A program made the translations under genes and the position numbers. A stretch of 64,000 nt of DNA. It comes from Takakia lepidozioides. Taxonomy: Eukaryota > Plantae > Bryophyta. Below, in pieces: positions 38,665 through 50,630 of this stretch. The first letter of the stretch is position 1. The number at the start of each line of letters is the position of its first letter. The stretch lies in contig CM060732.1 in NCBI GenBank assembly GCA_030704615.1, forward strand, positions 26,288,001 to 26,352,000. The letters are read 5' to 3'. The notes beneath the pieces are model-generated. The model did not search any database. It was not told where the DNA came from and was given only the letters and a program-made list of their open reading frames with translations.

Positions 38665-38958
38665 TGAAAGGAGAAGAAAGAAACCTAGGGTTGTAAACCC
38701 CTATCTTAAACTGCACCCTAGGGGGTGCAAAGAAACTTCGGCAGTTACGCCTCGGATTGTAGATACCACGAGAGAATCGTTGATAGATCATGAGCTTGGT
38801 AGCGACGAACTAGCTCCCTGAAAGAAGAAGAAAGAAACCTAGGGTTGTGAACCCCTATCTTAAGCTGCACCCGTAGGGAGTGCAAAGAAACTTAGGTATT
38901 TACGCCTCGGACTGTAGAGACCATGAGAGAATCGTTGATAGATCATGAGTTTGGTAGC
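38665..38958. repeat. Two direct repeats of about 140 bp (38665-38803 and 38819-38958), possibly LTR/TRIM remnant
   Basis: Both units begin tgaaag..gaagaaagaaacctagggttgt and end ...gaatcgttgatagatcatgag(c/t)ttggtagc. Confidence 0.75.
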
Positions 38959-39605
38959 CACAGAGATCTATGTGTAGCTAATCAAAGGAGTCAGCAGGAT
39001 CAGCGGAATTTCAATCTAACACTAGACTTAATGTGGCGCCAATTCACATCCTTGTCAAACTCTGGGGATACCACCATGGAGGGGCATGTTGAGATCTCTA
39101 TGTTGATACCTTTAATACACACATTGTACGCTCTCAGTTTACAATCATAGCTTCCTTCTAACCCTAAAGAAGATTCCGTAAAGTTGTGGATGAACTTCAG
39201 AAATTGTGATCGTTGACAATCAATTTTTGAAGCTGAAGCTCTTCCGAAGCTGGACCAATATATCCTTAAAAAAATTGGAGCTGCAAAAATTGTAATCATT
39301 GATGATCATAACTTCTGAAGCTCTTCCACCCAAAATATATATTAAGAAACCAAAACAAATTAAATTTTTTGAAATTGCGAAAAAAACTTGCCGGTCGCAG
39401 TTTCTAAAGCTTTTCACAACTGCATCCAAAGAGATGAACAAACGAAATTTAAAAAAACAAATTCAAACAAATTGGATTATCGCAATTTCTGGACCAAACA
39501 AAAAAAAAAAAAAAAAAACCAAAACCAAAATCAAAATTTGGAAAGAAGACAATGGGTATAATGTAAGAACTTAATGGACGTGTGTGATCCGACAATATTT
39601 TCACC

Positions 39606-40157
39606 GGATTTCCGGCAACCTGGGCTCCTCGGGCAGGCCCCTGTCAACTCCTCCCCACCCCCTCTTACCTTGGTTTCACTATTAAATAGTTAAAAATCCA
39701 AGTGGGTTGCAAGCTGTGGTGGGTAGCTTGATGGTCATAGCAGGCGGTGAGGCTCAAAGCTCGATTCTTGATAAGAGGTTTTTATAGTGTAACCCCGGTT
39801 GATGTAACCCTCCAATTGGTTTAACCCTTTGTAACCCCAGTTTCTCATGTAACTCTGGTTTGTCCATTTTCTACTTAGCCACATTTGGACTTAGTCAAAT
39901 TTCGAGACCAAATGTGGGTTACACAGACTGGAGTTACACTTCATTCTGTGTAACCCTGAGGGGAGTTACACACCTCGTCGTGTAACCCAATGTAACCCCC
40001 AGTGGAGTTACACACCTCGTCGTGTAACCCGATGTAACCCCAAGTGGAGTTACACACCTCGTCGTGTAACCCAGTGTAACCCCGACTGGAGTTGACACTC
40101 CTTCAGTTCCATGTCACTCTCAAGAGAGGGTGGGGAAGATTTGACATGCCGGAAACC
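39606..40157. mobile_element. Fold-back non-autonomous DNA transposon (MITE-like) with internal tandem repeats
   Basis: Left arm ggatttccggca...tgtcaactcctccccacccc pairs with right arm ggggtggggaagatttgacatgccggaaacc. No TSD seen. Confidence 0.6.
39962..40098. repeat. 42-bp tandem repeat, three full units plus a partial unit
   Basis: ggagttacacacctcgtcgtgtaacccNNtgtaaccccNNNt at 39962, 40004 and 40046; each unit contains the inverted pair gttacac/gtgtaac. Confidence 0.92.
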
Positions 40158-41971
40158 AGCGTACCATCTTGTCGGAGGTTGCACGTGTGCATTAAGTTCT
40201 TATATTATTCCTATTATCTTCCAATTTGGAATCACGGAAAAGCAAAAAAATTACGATCACCAATTACCACTTTCTGAAGCTATTCCACAGCTAGACTGTG
40301 TGTGTGTATTAGTGATACAGAAGAGCAAGAAATATTGATGTAGAAGATGTATAATTGGGGCCGACTGGGTCCCCAAATCTACGAGCAAAACTCATATACA
40401 TTAGATAAAACTGTGGAATTGGAATTGTGATTGTCATTGATCGCAATTATAGGAGCTGGCCGTGTGTGTAAAAAGGGTTAAAAACATGCCAAAAAATTGG
40501 ATCGGCTTTGTAGACGATTTTAGCGCATATAACATGTGTCATTGCTCTTTGCCTTTTGGGTAGGAGGATCGTGACACCTGGTTGAGACACTTATTGGGCA
40601 GGGCTGCCCCCAACTGTAAGGTCACCGCGGTGGTGCACCCAAAAGGACATGGGTTACTTGTGAGATCCCCACCGACACCTACAAAAGTATACATAGGAAG
40701 TAACAACCCCAAGAACGGTGCAAACTCGTTAAACAACCACAAGCTAGTGAAGCAAAGAAGCAAGCCAGAAAACGACCAGTGTGGGGAGCTAGTCCGGACC
40801 GCCTTCAAGTTTCCACCTTGTCCCAGTGGTTGGGGATTATGTAAGGGGGACCGTTGTTAAGACAATAGTGACAAATGCGACCATACAGTCGATAATTAAA
40901 CTATGTAAATGTCAGACTGTCAGATTCGACACAAATTTGGACCCCGCCCAAATGCCCAAAATGCGAAAAATTTCAATCCAAACTGCCGAACCCTTGGAGT
41001 ATAAAATATGAGGTGCCGAATGGACTGGGCCTCCAAAAAATAATTATTTCGGCACTGTGCTGTCCAATCTGACAGCAACATCCAGTACACCGCAAATGTC
41101 AACAAGAGATCCCAAATTCCTAAATTTGAACATTCATGCAAGCTCTCTAGGCTTCAAGTGTACGTGGATTAAACTTGACAAAATGGCAGTCTGTAACTTC
41201 CCGTGGATGGTTGGAAAACAAAAAGCATGGCTAAATATCAGCAAAAATTAACTAAAGGATTCATGGGCACAGCAAAATCACGAAGGTCATGAAGTGACAA
41301 TGTTTCTCATTGATATCAATGGGGTCCCCAGTTCAGGCACAACCCAAAAGACAGTCAGTTGGACAGAATCAGAAGCTCAAAAAGAGAGGAGTTGGCCAAA
41401 GATCCCTTCTCCAAATAGAGTATGGGTGATTGATAGCAAAAAACCCATGTTCTCACGTGATCAAAAGGCAATAGTGCCTCACATAATCACTTACACAGCC
41501 GGTCCTTGATGAGCAAAATAGGAAATGGAAGAAGTGGCAATTCTCATCCATGCTGATGTCTTCCTGGGTTTTAGTGCTTTTTCCTCTCTCCAACAAACTG
41601 TCTGGTGATGAATTTAATCCCCAATCGAGTCAACTTTGATATTTGTTTTCCCCTCAAAGAACAGTACTGCTTGGGGAAACCTTCCTGTTTGCTTCTCTGA
41701 CTCTCGGCTTGTCCTTTCATTTTCGATCACTGTTTTGACTACAAGCTATTCTCAGCATTGATGACTTTTTGTACGTTGTTTCACAACTCGCTAGCCAAGA
41801 ATCCATGGAGTGGGATAGGGACTGCATCTCCAATGCAGGGTGTGGAGACGTACAACCTCAATCTGTTCAGCTTGAAGCCAAATTTCTCCTCAAACTCAGC
41901 ACCATTGTGCAGCCAGCAAGGTGTAGGAGGATAGAACATAAGCGATCGCCGAGTGAAAAAAGTCGACAGGT

Positions 41972-44900
41972 TTATGGCACCATTTCACTGTCTTGCACAG
42001 TCACTTTCTCATCCAGGCCCACATTCCCTGTCGAGCCACTCAAAGTGGGCGTGGTTGCTGCCGCCCCTGTGACCTCTGCTCTCTCTTTAGTGGCAGATGA
42101 AGCAACTGGAGGGCTCTTGGCCTGCGTGGAAGACGAGTCATTGTCTTGAACAATAGTCTTTGAGGGTGGGTCAGGGGGTTGAATTTCTACTTCTGGAAAT
42201 GCTGCCTTGAAACGTGATCGCAAACCTTCGTCTACCAGACGAACTCCATTCAGCTGGTTACCAAGGGATATCCAACTGTAACAACATAGACAACGTCACA
42301 AGTAAGGATAAAGCATGTATTTTTCAAAGTGCCACGACCATTTAGCCTTCTTCTGAGAGACTTACTGGTTTCAGAAGTGCAGCATCCCTGATAAGATACC
42401 AGCTCAATACAACATGGTCAATGAATATCATGCTGAATATGCGAGTCCAAGTAAAATGCGGACATACTGAAACAGAGACAAATGCTTGTCAATTAGGGTT
42501 TGTTACAGAACTTAAATCTGATTCCTAGATCAAAGAGAAAGCCTACTAGCACACATACCCAGCATGTGTGTTGTGCATACGGGCAAATAACTCAAGCTTT
42601 CGAGTTCTTGGGCTTATCCTCTCCAACAATGGATACATCTGCCACAGGATGCCCGACATATACATCGTCATAACCTAATCAAATGCTCTCATCCAAGGGG
42701 CATGAACCATGGGTGATTAAAGTCCACTCGCCACAAGTCTGGACACCACTAGCCTAGACCTTTGTTACTGAAGCGACCCCACCTTTACAATCCTTAAATC
42801 TTACCATGAAGAGACTCAACCCTATCCTAAACTTCTCAACCTCCAAGAGACATGAACCCTATCCTATCCCTATCCCGACCTTATCCACACGAAGAGACTC
42901 AACCCTATCTGGTAAAAATGGACTAAAAACTGCCTGTCAGCTCACAATGATTTAAAAGGATCTCCTGTTTACACAGGAGAACATGTTCAGTGGCTCAACT
43001 CTCGCATTCCATACGCTTAAGAGAAGAATAACAGCAGATTGACAGTAGCCTGAGATTAGAAACAGCACAATGAAAGGGAGTGCAAACAGCAAACCTCGTC
43101 AGGTTTCCGGGTAGTTTAACGGACCTCAGCAACAATGACATCAGTGTCAATATTGCGATTGACATCAGGGTGGCCTTTGATACCCACTAGACAGTGCTCC
43201 TTGCTGTGGTTGAGCCAGTGGGCTGTCCTCCTGTCCTTATTATACGCTGCAGCTGATTGGTTTTCACCCAAATTATCTTTTCCACTCTTCGATAGCCCCA
43301 AAGCTCCAAGCTGACACCCAGGCGAATAACCCACACCAAAAGCATACTTGAGACAAAGACAAATGCCACACTCAAATGAGCTAAGTCTGACTTCACCTCT
43401 GTTTCAATCCTTTGCAACATGATGAATTGGAGTAACTTCAGCTACATACCATGCCTGCTGGCCAAAAAACCTGCGACTGTTATATCTTACCGGAAAGAAG
43501 ACCCGTGTGGTGTTCTAGATATTTTTACTAAATGTGAAAAGATGCTCCACAACACAGACTCACAAATGGAAAACAACATCATGCCAGGAGAAGATGCATT
43601 GATGGGGGAGTCTACACCGTAAAAAGGAAGAACACGCGAGTAAAACTCCCGAGAGAATAAAGAGAGAGAAGATGACTTTGGCCCACCATTCACGTCCAAG
43701 CTCCATGGCACGGCCTGTAACCCACAAAAAATTAAGTCGTCTGTTTGAAGGGCTGGCACATTCAAATTACGCATCTCATCATACGCCAGTGCCCATAAGG
43801 TAACTCCATATGGATGTCCCAAGGGGGATCGCCATTAAGACCCCAAATTGTACCAATACATCCATACGACATGGCGTATATCACAATTAATCCATTGCGG
43901 CTCGCCAAGTTCTGCCTCCGAGCAATACTCTGCACGCTGAGGTCTTGAAAGAGGCCTTTGGGGGGGTGGCAGGCCAGGAGCCCCCATCATGAATGCCGGC
44001 ACATCAGGTATGGGATCTAATTCATAGTGCACGTACGTGCATGTCTGTGTTCAGCCAAAAACAAATGAATTTCATCACAAAGAAATGCATATAATAGGTG
44101 CACACACATTAGGTGGGTAGAGATGCCCTTTGCTGCCTTCTTCCCAATTCAGGTTTATGTACACACGTATCAGACACAAGATATCAGAATGTACTCATAA
44201 GACGTTGTTTGCCGTAGCCTTTTGTGCTCATTGACCCCCGCGCCCAGGTAGTTTGAGACCAGTTTGCGCGGACCCCCCAGGATAGAACCTACCGTCTGTC
44301 AGGGGGGGGCACCCCTGACATTGGTAGTAAGAACTTACCTTTATAAATAGAATTAAGTGGGTTTTCCAGATATCCTCTAGGAAATCCCTTCACACAAGCA
44401 CAATCTGCGTGTGTGATTGCCCAAAAACTAGGCTCAGAAGGCCGGTGGCTTTTGGCTCAGCCTCGAGACTTTCGAAGTTGGTAACCAGAGGTTACAGGAC
44501 ATATCCTCTTGATAGATTGGAGGAGAGCTTTCTCGGTGAGAATACCCCGGACAGTGAATCAGAAAATGAATATTGTCTTCGGTTGCCCACACAACGGGCA
44601 ATTGCAATTCTTCTCAGTTAACTCTCGCTTCTGTTTACTGTTCATAAGGTAGGCTTCCTGCCCTGAGTTTAAATCAGTCTGGTGCTGAGAGTGGGTAGAC
44701 CCTTGAGGTCATCCATGTATCCTCCCCCCATGTCACAGACTGGAAGATGGAAACAGGTTCAGGGAAGTTTTCCTGCTAACTTATTTGCATCAGACAATTT
44801 GCTGGTAACAGACATGGCTTGGACACTACAGTCTCTAAGTCAGATTTAATCCAGCAAGGTCAAGACTTGCGGGGTCCAGAGGGTCAGATTCAGATCATTG

Positions 44901-47696
44901 AGAATCTCTTCTACTTCTATTCTCTGCCAGGACTTAGCCTCGTTGACAGGGCAGTCCTGTTTCCAAGATATAGAGTCGATTAAACCTTGGGTATTGGTGT
45001 TGGACATGTGTTGCAACTGACCCCCCCCACCATCTGACCTTGAATTCATCTCGTCGGGAGCTAAAGAAGGAGATGCCAACCTCACCCAGAACAGCCACCA
45101 CATTGGCTTTTTGGAGCATGCTGACAGCACTCCTTCAGCCCCCCCTGGAATGGATTCTAGAGACTTAGCCTGGTTGGCAGTTATCAAACCATATAGCAGA
45201 TCCGTACTCCAAGGCAGGTCTAATACGCGGCAAGCCAAAGCAAGGTTTTCTTTGACCTGAGTTAATCCCTGCAGTGCAGTGAAACTTTTTAGTGAGACTC
45301 AGTGAGACACAAGATGTCAGAGAGAACCTCTAAGGATAAGGGAATGAGTGAGGAAACTGCACCTTCATGTGTCGACATGTGTACAAGAAGGAGCAGTCCC
45401 CCAAATTAATGTCTGTGTAGGGGTCGGCTGCTGCGATGATCGCCGAAAATGCATCTGCCAAGTTTCAGAAGGCTTGAGTAAAGTTAAGACTAACTTTGCG
45501 AATCGTACATGTACAAGTCAAAAACCAAACATTGGCTTCTCGTTCCCAAGAGTCGTTATTTTAACAATAAACAAGATGGGAAGGTAAAATAAAATACGAA
45601 GACTAATGAGGAAATGGAGAGTCTGCATATGCACAAACTATCAAAGATCTTGCAAAAGCTAGAAGCAGGGAGAAAGGAACAAGGGACTAACCTTTTCACA
45701 TGCCATGAAATGGCTCCGTTGATGCCGGCAATCTTCCTTTGTGAGGGCTGGACAAAACTCTTTCAAGGCTGAACCACCCTTCGTCTTGAACTGCACAGAT
45801 TAACCTCCATGTATCAGCTTTCTCAATCTCCCAACATGATCCAATACACCCAAAGTACACATTATACACACAAGGGGAATACATAGATTGCTTCACCACA
45901 TGAAGGAGGTACTATGAAAACACAAACACATTTATCTAATATATGAATAAATATATAAATCTGTATATAACCACAATACCTTTCATTGTCATCCTTATTG
46001 GATTGGCATGTCAGTGTGTAACTTCACCACCTAGCTTCTTCCCAATGCTTACCAGCAATATAGCAACTAGCTTCTTGGAATTGCATCTCACCTTCGCCGC
46101 AACAGCCGTTTCCTTGGCAGTTGGCCTATGAAGGAGTTCCAAAAGCTCCTCCCCAGTCTTGCTCTGTTGCATCTCCTTAAATGACTTCTTGTTCAGGAGA
46201 GCGTCGATATCATCCTCCTCTCCACCCCGATTCTTCACGCCAGGTCCCCCGGGAGGACCAGGCCCAAGGGGTGGCCTCTGGAAGGGTGACGGCAGCCCTC
46301 CAAACCCCACTACTCCAGGCATTCCCAACATCCCCATCCCCCGTGGGCCACCTCGAGGACCCATGTGCGGGGGGCCTCCCCCACCAGGAAACATGGGCGG
46401 TCCAGGACCACCTAAAGGAGGTCCCCCTTGCAAGTGAGGATCGCCGCCTCCTCCCCACATGTCAGGTCTTGGAGGCATCCCATGAGGCCCACCATTGGGC
46501 TCCATTCCTGGCCCACCCAGCACCATGCCCATGAGGTGGGGATCACCACCCATATGGTGGGGATCGCCCCCTATTCGAAGAGGTGGGGGCCCACCGGGGA
46601 GCTCCTTCACCAAACGAGGTCTGTCAAAACCCAGAACCATGAGTCGGGGTATGCCCCCAAGCACAATCTCCTCGATCTCAATCACTCCTCCATTGGGTCC
46701 CTCTGCAAGGGACTGGAGTGCAAACTCAATAGCAGCAATGCTACCTCCTTCTCCTCCAAACTCAACAAGGACATCCCTATCCATCGGCATGAGATCCTGG
46801 ATCAATCTTGAGTGAATTGTACCCAACTCAATTGGCAAAACTGTCGTTGGTGCCAGCAAGCAGGACACCACGATTCCCTTGACAAACCCTAGGGCATTTA
46901 AAGGACCTCCCCTGCCTCCCTCCCAGCCTCCCCCTCCCAGCTATCGCCCCCCCATACATCCCCACCTGGGCCTTCTCCAATCCAGTGGTCGCCTGGACCT
47001 CTCCCCCCCCCAGTTCCCACTTGGTGCTCCACCTCCCCATTTGCCTTGAAAGGCCCCCTCAAAATGCCTCTATGTTCTGCTGCCCCGTTTGAAACAGCTC
47101 CTCCAGGAAAATTCCCCCCCACTCCACCTGGAAATTTGATGAAATTGCCCCATGGAGCGCCTGTCCTAGGAAACGAGTCCCTGTACTCCCCACTACCAGC
47201 TCGCGGAAGCTCAAGTTTCCGGGCTTCGGTGCTTGAATGTTCGCGCTTCTCTGCTCTCTCCTTGCTTTTTAGCTCTAATCCCCCAAACGATGAGGCTACC
47301 TGCAATTGAAAACGCTCACTAGTCACAAGGACTGCACTTCTGAGTGTTGCCGCAGCTTTTACAAAAGCATGTATTATTCTGGGTTGCAGGTACTTGAATT
47401 TCCGTGGGGAGGGGAGGGAGGAGGGAGAGAGAGAGAGAGAGAGCAGCAGTAAAATTAGGTCACACAAAATTCGCAACATTTACTGAAGACAAGTGCAGCA
47501 CACCATTGCCAAACACAAAGGCAATTCAACCAACCTTAAGAGAAAGTTCGAGAGACGACATAAGATCAGGCACAAGGGTGGTCAGACTTCTCATTTGGTC
47601 TTCTCGCATCCGGCGTTTACTCTCTATCTGCTCCCGCAGATTCCGTAGCTGGTCTCTCATCCTCATGATTTCTTGGTCCTCCATGTGCCCCTCCAT
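41972..47696 (-). pseudogene. MTA: mRNA m6A methyltransferase MTA/METTL3 (MT-A70), 8 exons, disrupted as assembled
   Basis: [136 protein letters not shown]. Multiple 1-bp indels and a GAA>TAA change near 43116; may be sequencing error. Confidence 0.9.
44189..45304 (-). mobile_element. RTE-like LINE 3' fragment in MTA intron 4, with TSD
   Basis: Minus-strand IRPALEYGSAIW...AKSLESI...RRDEFKVRWWG (post-RT motifs of RTE/CR1-type LINEs). 17-bp TSD agacacaagat(a/g)tcaga at 44172-44188 and 45305-45321. Confidence 0.82.
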
Positions 47697-48118
47697 TATT
47701 GGGTTTCCCACACCTGCTTTCTTCCTTCAAATCTGTCTACTCCTGTCTAACTCTTGAGCTAGGCATGACGCTCGCCCCATCTCCTTCCCACTCCTCTCTC
47801 CAACCTCCCTGCCTGCAGAGGCCTTGATTGAAATGACCATACCACCCCACCGATTGTGAGCTCCAGCTGCAAAACCCAAGTGCAGAATACCAACACAAGC
47901 TCTTGTGTGATGTCAGACCTGACATTCATACAGTTAGCATCTTCTTGGACTCCATCTCCACGCCTTGTGGGGTCAACCCCACAAGGGCCCCTCTTCACAC
48001 GGTGGGAAGCCACAAGTTACTAGGCAGTAAAAAGGAGGCCCCAGTAACCTCAATGGATCTGGCAAAATAATTATTAAAAAAACAAAACAAAAACAAAAAA
48101 AGAGTGTGTGTGTTTGCG

Positions 48119-48127
48119 AAACCCTAA
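48119..48127 (+). promoter_or_regulatory. Telo-box (AAACCCTAA)
   Basis: Exact aaaccctaa about 50 bp upstream of the ATG at 48177; the motif is typical of plant ribosome/translation genes. Confidence 0.55.
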
Positions 48128-48176
48128 ATGTGTTTTGGTGCGAGCGAGCGAGCGAGGAAGACTCTGAGAAGAGAAG

Positions 48177-49547
48177 ATGGCGAAGAAGAAGAAGAACAAG
48201 GGAAGGGGCACGGCTATGGATACCTCCACCACCGCTTCTCCTTCAAGTCTGCCTCCCTTTTCAGAAGGTAAGAACTCTACAACTTACCTCTATGCCTTTC
48301 TGCACGCTACTGTGGCTAGTCATATGTGGGATGGGTACAATAGCAGTTGTGAATTGATGGGAATTCGAATTCCTGTGCTCTGATCTCCGTACCGGGCTGT
48401 AGTGGGGCGCTAAGGGCATCGGGGGAGTTCATGCCCTGGTGGTTAGGAACCTCACGACTTGCTTCGGAAGGTCTAGTGTCCCGCGGGAGCATGTACTAAA
48501 GTGGATGTCATTAGCACCTTCGGCTAGGAACAGTCATCCTCTCACTCCCACACGTAGCGCATGCACAAACGTAGAACTTCTAGGCTTTGGAAGCCATTGC
48601 TGGGATGGTGGTACATTTATTGTTCCACTTTGTGTCTGGGCTGACCGTGGTGCCTTGTAATGCTCAAGCCAGTCAGTGCATGCATCTATTTTACCTATTG
48701 ATTGTACAAGAGTTTGCCAAAGAGGGTGTACGGAAGTCCTAACTTCTTATGCAGACTTTGGCTCCTTCCAGATTATGTTTCGTTTACTGGTAACTGGTTC
48801 TTTCAGCTTCTTTAGAGAATGATTCAACCATGTCAGCTTCAGATTTCTGTACAGGTGAATTCGCTTGGACTAGTAGCATGGAAACGGTTGTGGACAGTAA
48901 GGGTCTGTATCTCTATGGCAAGTACATGTGGCTTTCCATCTGAGAGACACATCTTGTTTTATGAGTTGCAGCTATGGATACAACAGAGGTTGCAGTTTCA
49001 AGCAGAGTATCTCAGTCCACGAAATCCACTAGTGGCAGTAAGGGGCTTCAAATCCAAAGGTCAACTTCTCTTTCACCATCTGTCACTGAATGATGTTGGC
49101 AACTCACAGACAGAAGACTGCTACTTCTGGAGAAATGCAAGAGCTTTTTTGTTCAGAATTAAAGATACGCAAAGCTCCCTGAAATCCAGGCAATGGAGTG
49201 TGCAAGTCATTGAGCAAGGGCCTCCAAATTTCTGGATGTGTGTAAGAGAGGGATTGTTGCTGGCAAACCTTGGCTTGCAAGGTTTTGATTGTGTATGAGT
49301 TAACAATGGAATGTTTCCCTCTTTCCTGACCCACAAAAAGGAAGGATAGAAAGAGCAGAAAGTGTCCCTTTTGACAACATGTGCCCACAGGATCATGAAG
49401 AAGGGACCACAAAAACGGAGGGCAGTTAAGATACGCAAGCAAAAGTCTATAGAAAGAGCCCTTCTTGTGATGGACAAGCAGCAGGAGAAGCTTCAGCGCA
49501 CGGAGGTTAAGACAGAGCGAGTCCAGTCTCTGAAGAATTTGTACTAG
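48177..49547 (+). CDS. Small basic conserved plant protein (resembles Alb1/C11orf98-type ribosome-biogenesis factors); exons 48177-48267, 48972-49059, 49391-49547; about 111 aa
   Basis: MAKKKKNK...AMDT...AMDTTE...KKGPQKRRAVKIRKQKSIERAL...ERVQSLKNLY*. The exon 2 donor was chosen for phase; the family assignment is from recall. Confidence 0.72.
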
Positions 49548-49671
49548 TTAATATATCATCCAGAGATGTACTGCTGACCACTCCCTGTAGATTTGTGGCC
49601 CATTGTAGACACGAATTTTAGATCTCCCAATATGCATGCTCCCAGAGCTGGTTATGAGATAGTGATGACAC

Positions 49672-49720
49672 TGTTTGCCGTAGCCTTTTGGCACACACCG
49701 AAAGGAACAGTAGAGAGCGA
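49672..49720 (-). mobile_element. Retroelement 3' terminus shared with the RTE-like family
   Basis: gtttgccgtagccttttg is identical to the same 18 nt at about 44207, and is followed by the hairpin ccttttgg-cacaca-ccgaaagg. Upstream extent unclear. Confidence 0.45.
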
Positions 49721-50630
49721 GACATAGGGTTAAGTTATGTGCTAAGCCAGGCTAAAGATAATGAGGGTTTGAGTTACCAAGCTGAAGAACGCACCAGCTT
49801 GCCAGAGTTGTCGAGTCCAATATGTCCACGGATTTTGTATTTTTGCTCATCCCAACAGGCAAGGAGTTGGATTGAGGCTCTAGTCACATACCTATCTGTG
49901 GTCCCACCTCCTGGAGTTCTCCATTTTATGTTTCTGAACAGTCAAAAGTGATGTCAACTCTCCCATTATTTCTTACAGAAAGTTCTGAAGGTGGCTTCCA
50001 TTGGAGAGGCAGACTTGTGATAGAGCAGCATCTCAGGATGGAAGGCGTGTGATGTAGACAACAAACATGACCAAGCCGCATGAGATACAGCATGATTCAG
50101 AGCAAGGATGAAGTTGCAGGGTTCCATAGCCACCAAAGGACCTCAACAACTCACTCCCCATCTCATCATTCATGCCCTGCAACAGCTGCCTCTGTCTAAT
50201 AAACCAATATCACATTCCTGACCCGGCCTGTGCGGCCCCCTCGCGCCCTGCCGCCATCCAGCCTGCCCACTGACGTCGGCGGCCGGGTGCCGGGCGGCCG
50301 GGCAGGGGGCGGCCCCGCGCGGGGCCGGGTCAGGCGCACGCGTCTCGTGCGTGTGATATGAAGACGCACTAGGTTATTAGACAGTGGCCTAAGCATTATG
50401 GATGTTCGATGAACGCTGTGATCGGTAGTCATCCAAAGGCCTCACAATTAGGGTTCCACACTTACCTTTTACCTGTTACTTTTTACCTCTTGGGTCTCCG
50501 GTGAGGTGGTTGTGGGGGGAGGTTGCCCTGCCTGGGCTCATTCGCATTCTTCAGAGCCTCTCTTCGTTTTCTTGTGTGAGTTCCGGGAGATTTGACATCA
50601 GATTGGTTGGGTGAGTGAGAATTGAGAGTG

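Noticed and set aside
39962-40098. Palindromic repeats superficially like a CRISPR array
   Set aside because: The units are contiguous with near-identical 'spacers', there are no cas genes, and the context is eukaryotic; this is a tandem repeat inside a MITE.
40538-40870. Possible LTR/PPT remnant
   Set aside because: No paired LTR, PBS or pol homology could be shown.
42808-42909. aaccctat repeats resembling interstitial telomere
   Set aside because: Only three copies of a 19-bp unit (gaagagactcaaccctatc), not a TTTAGGG array; a small local duplication in an MTA intron.
44708-44722. YMDD on the minus strand, resembling an RT catalytic motif
   Set aside because: Homologous copies read IKDD and LKDD at this position, and it lies downstream of the RT thumb motifs; coincidental.
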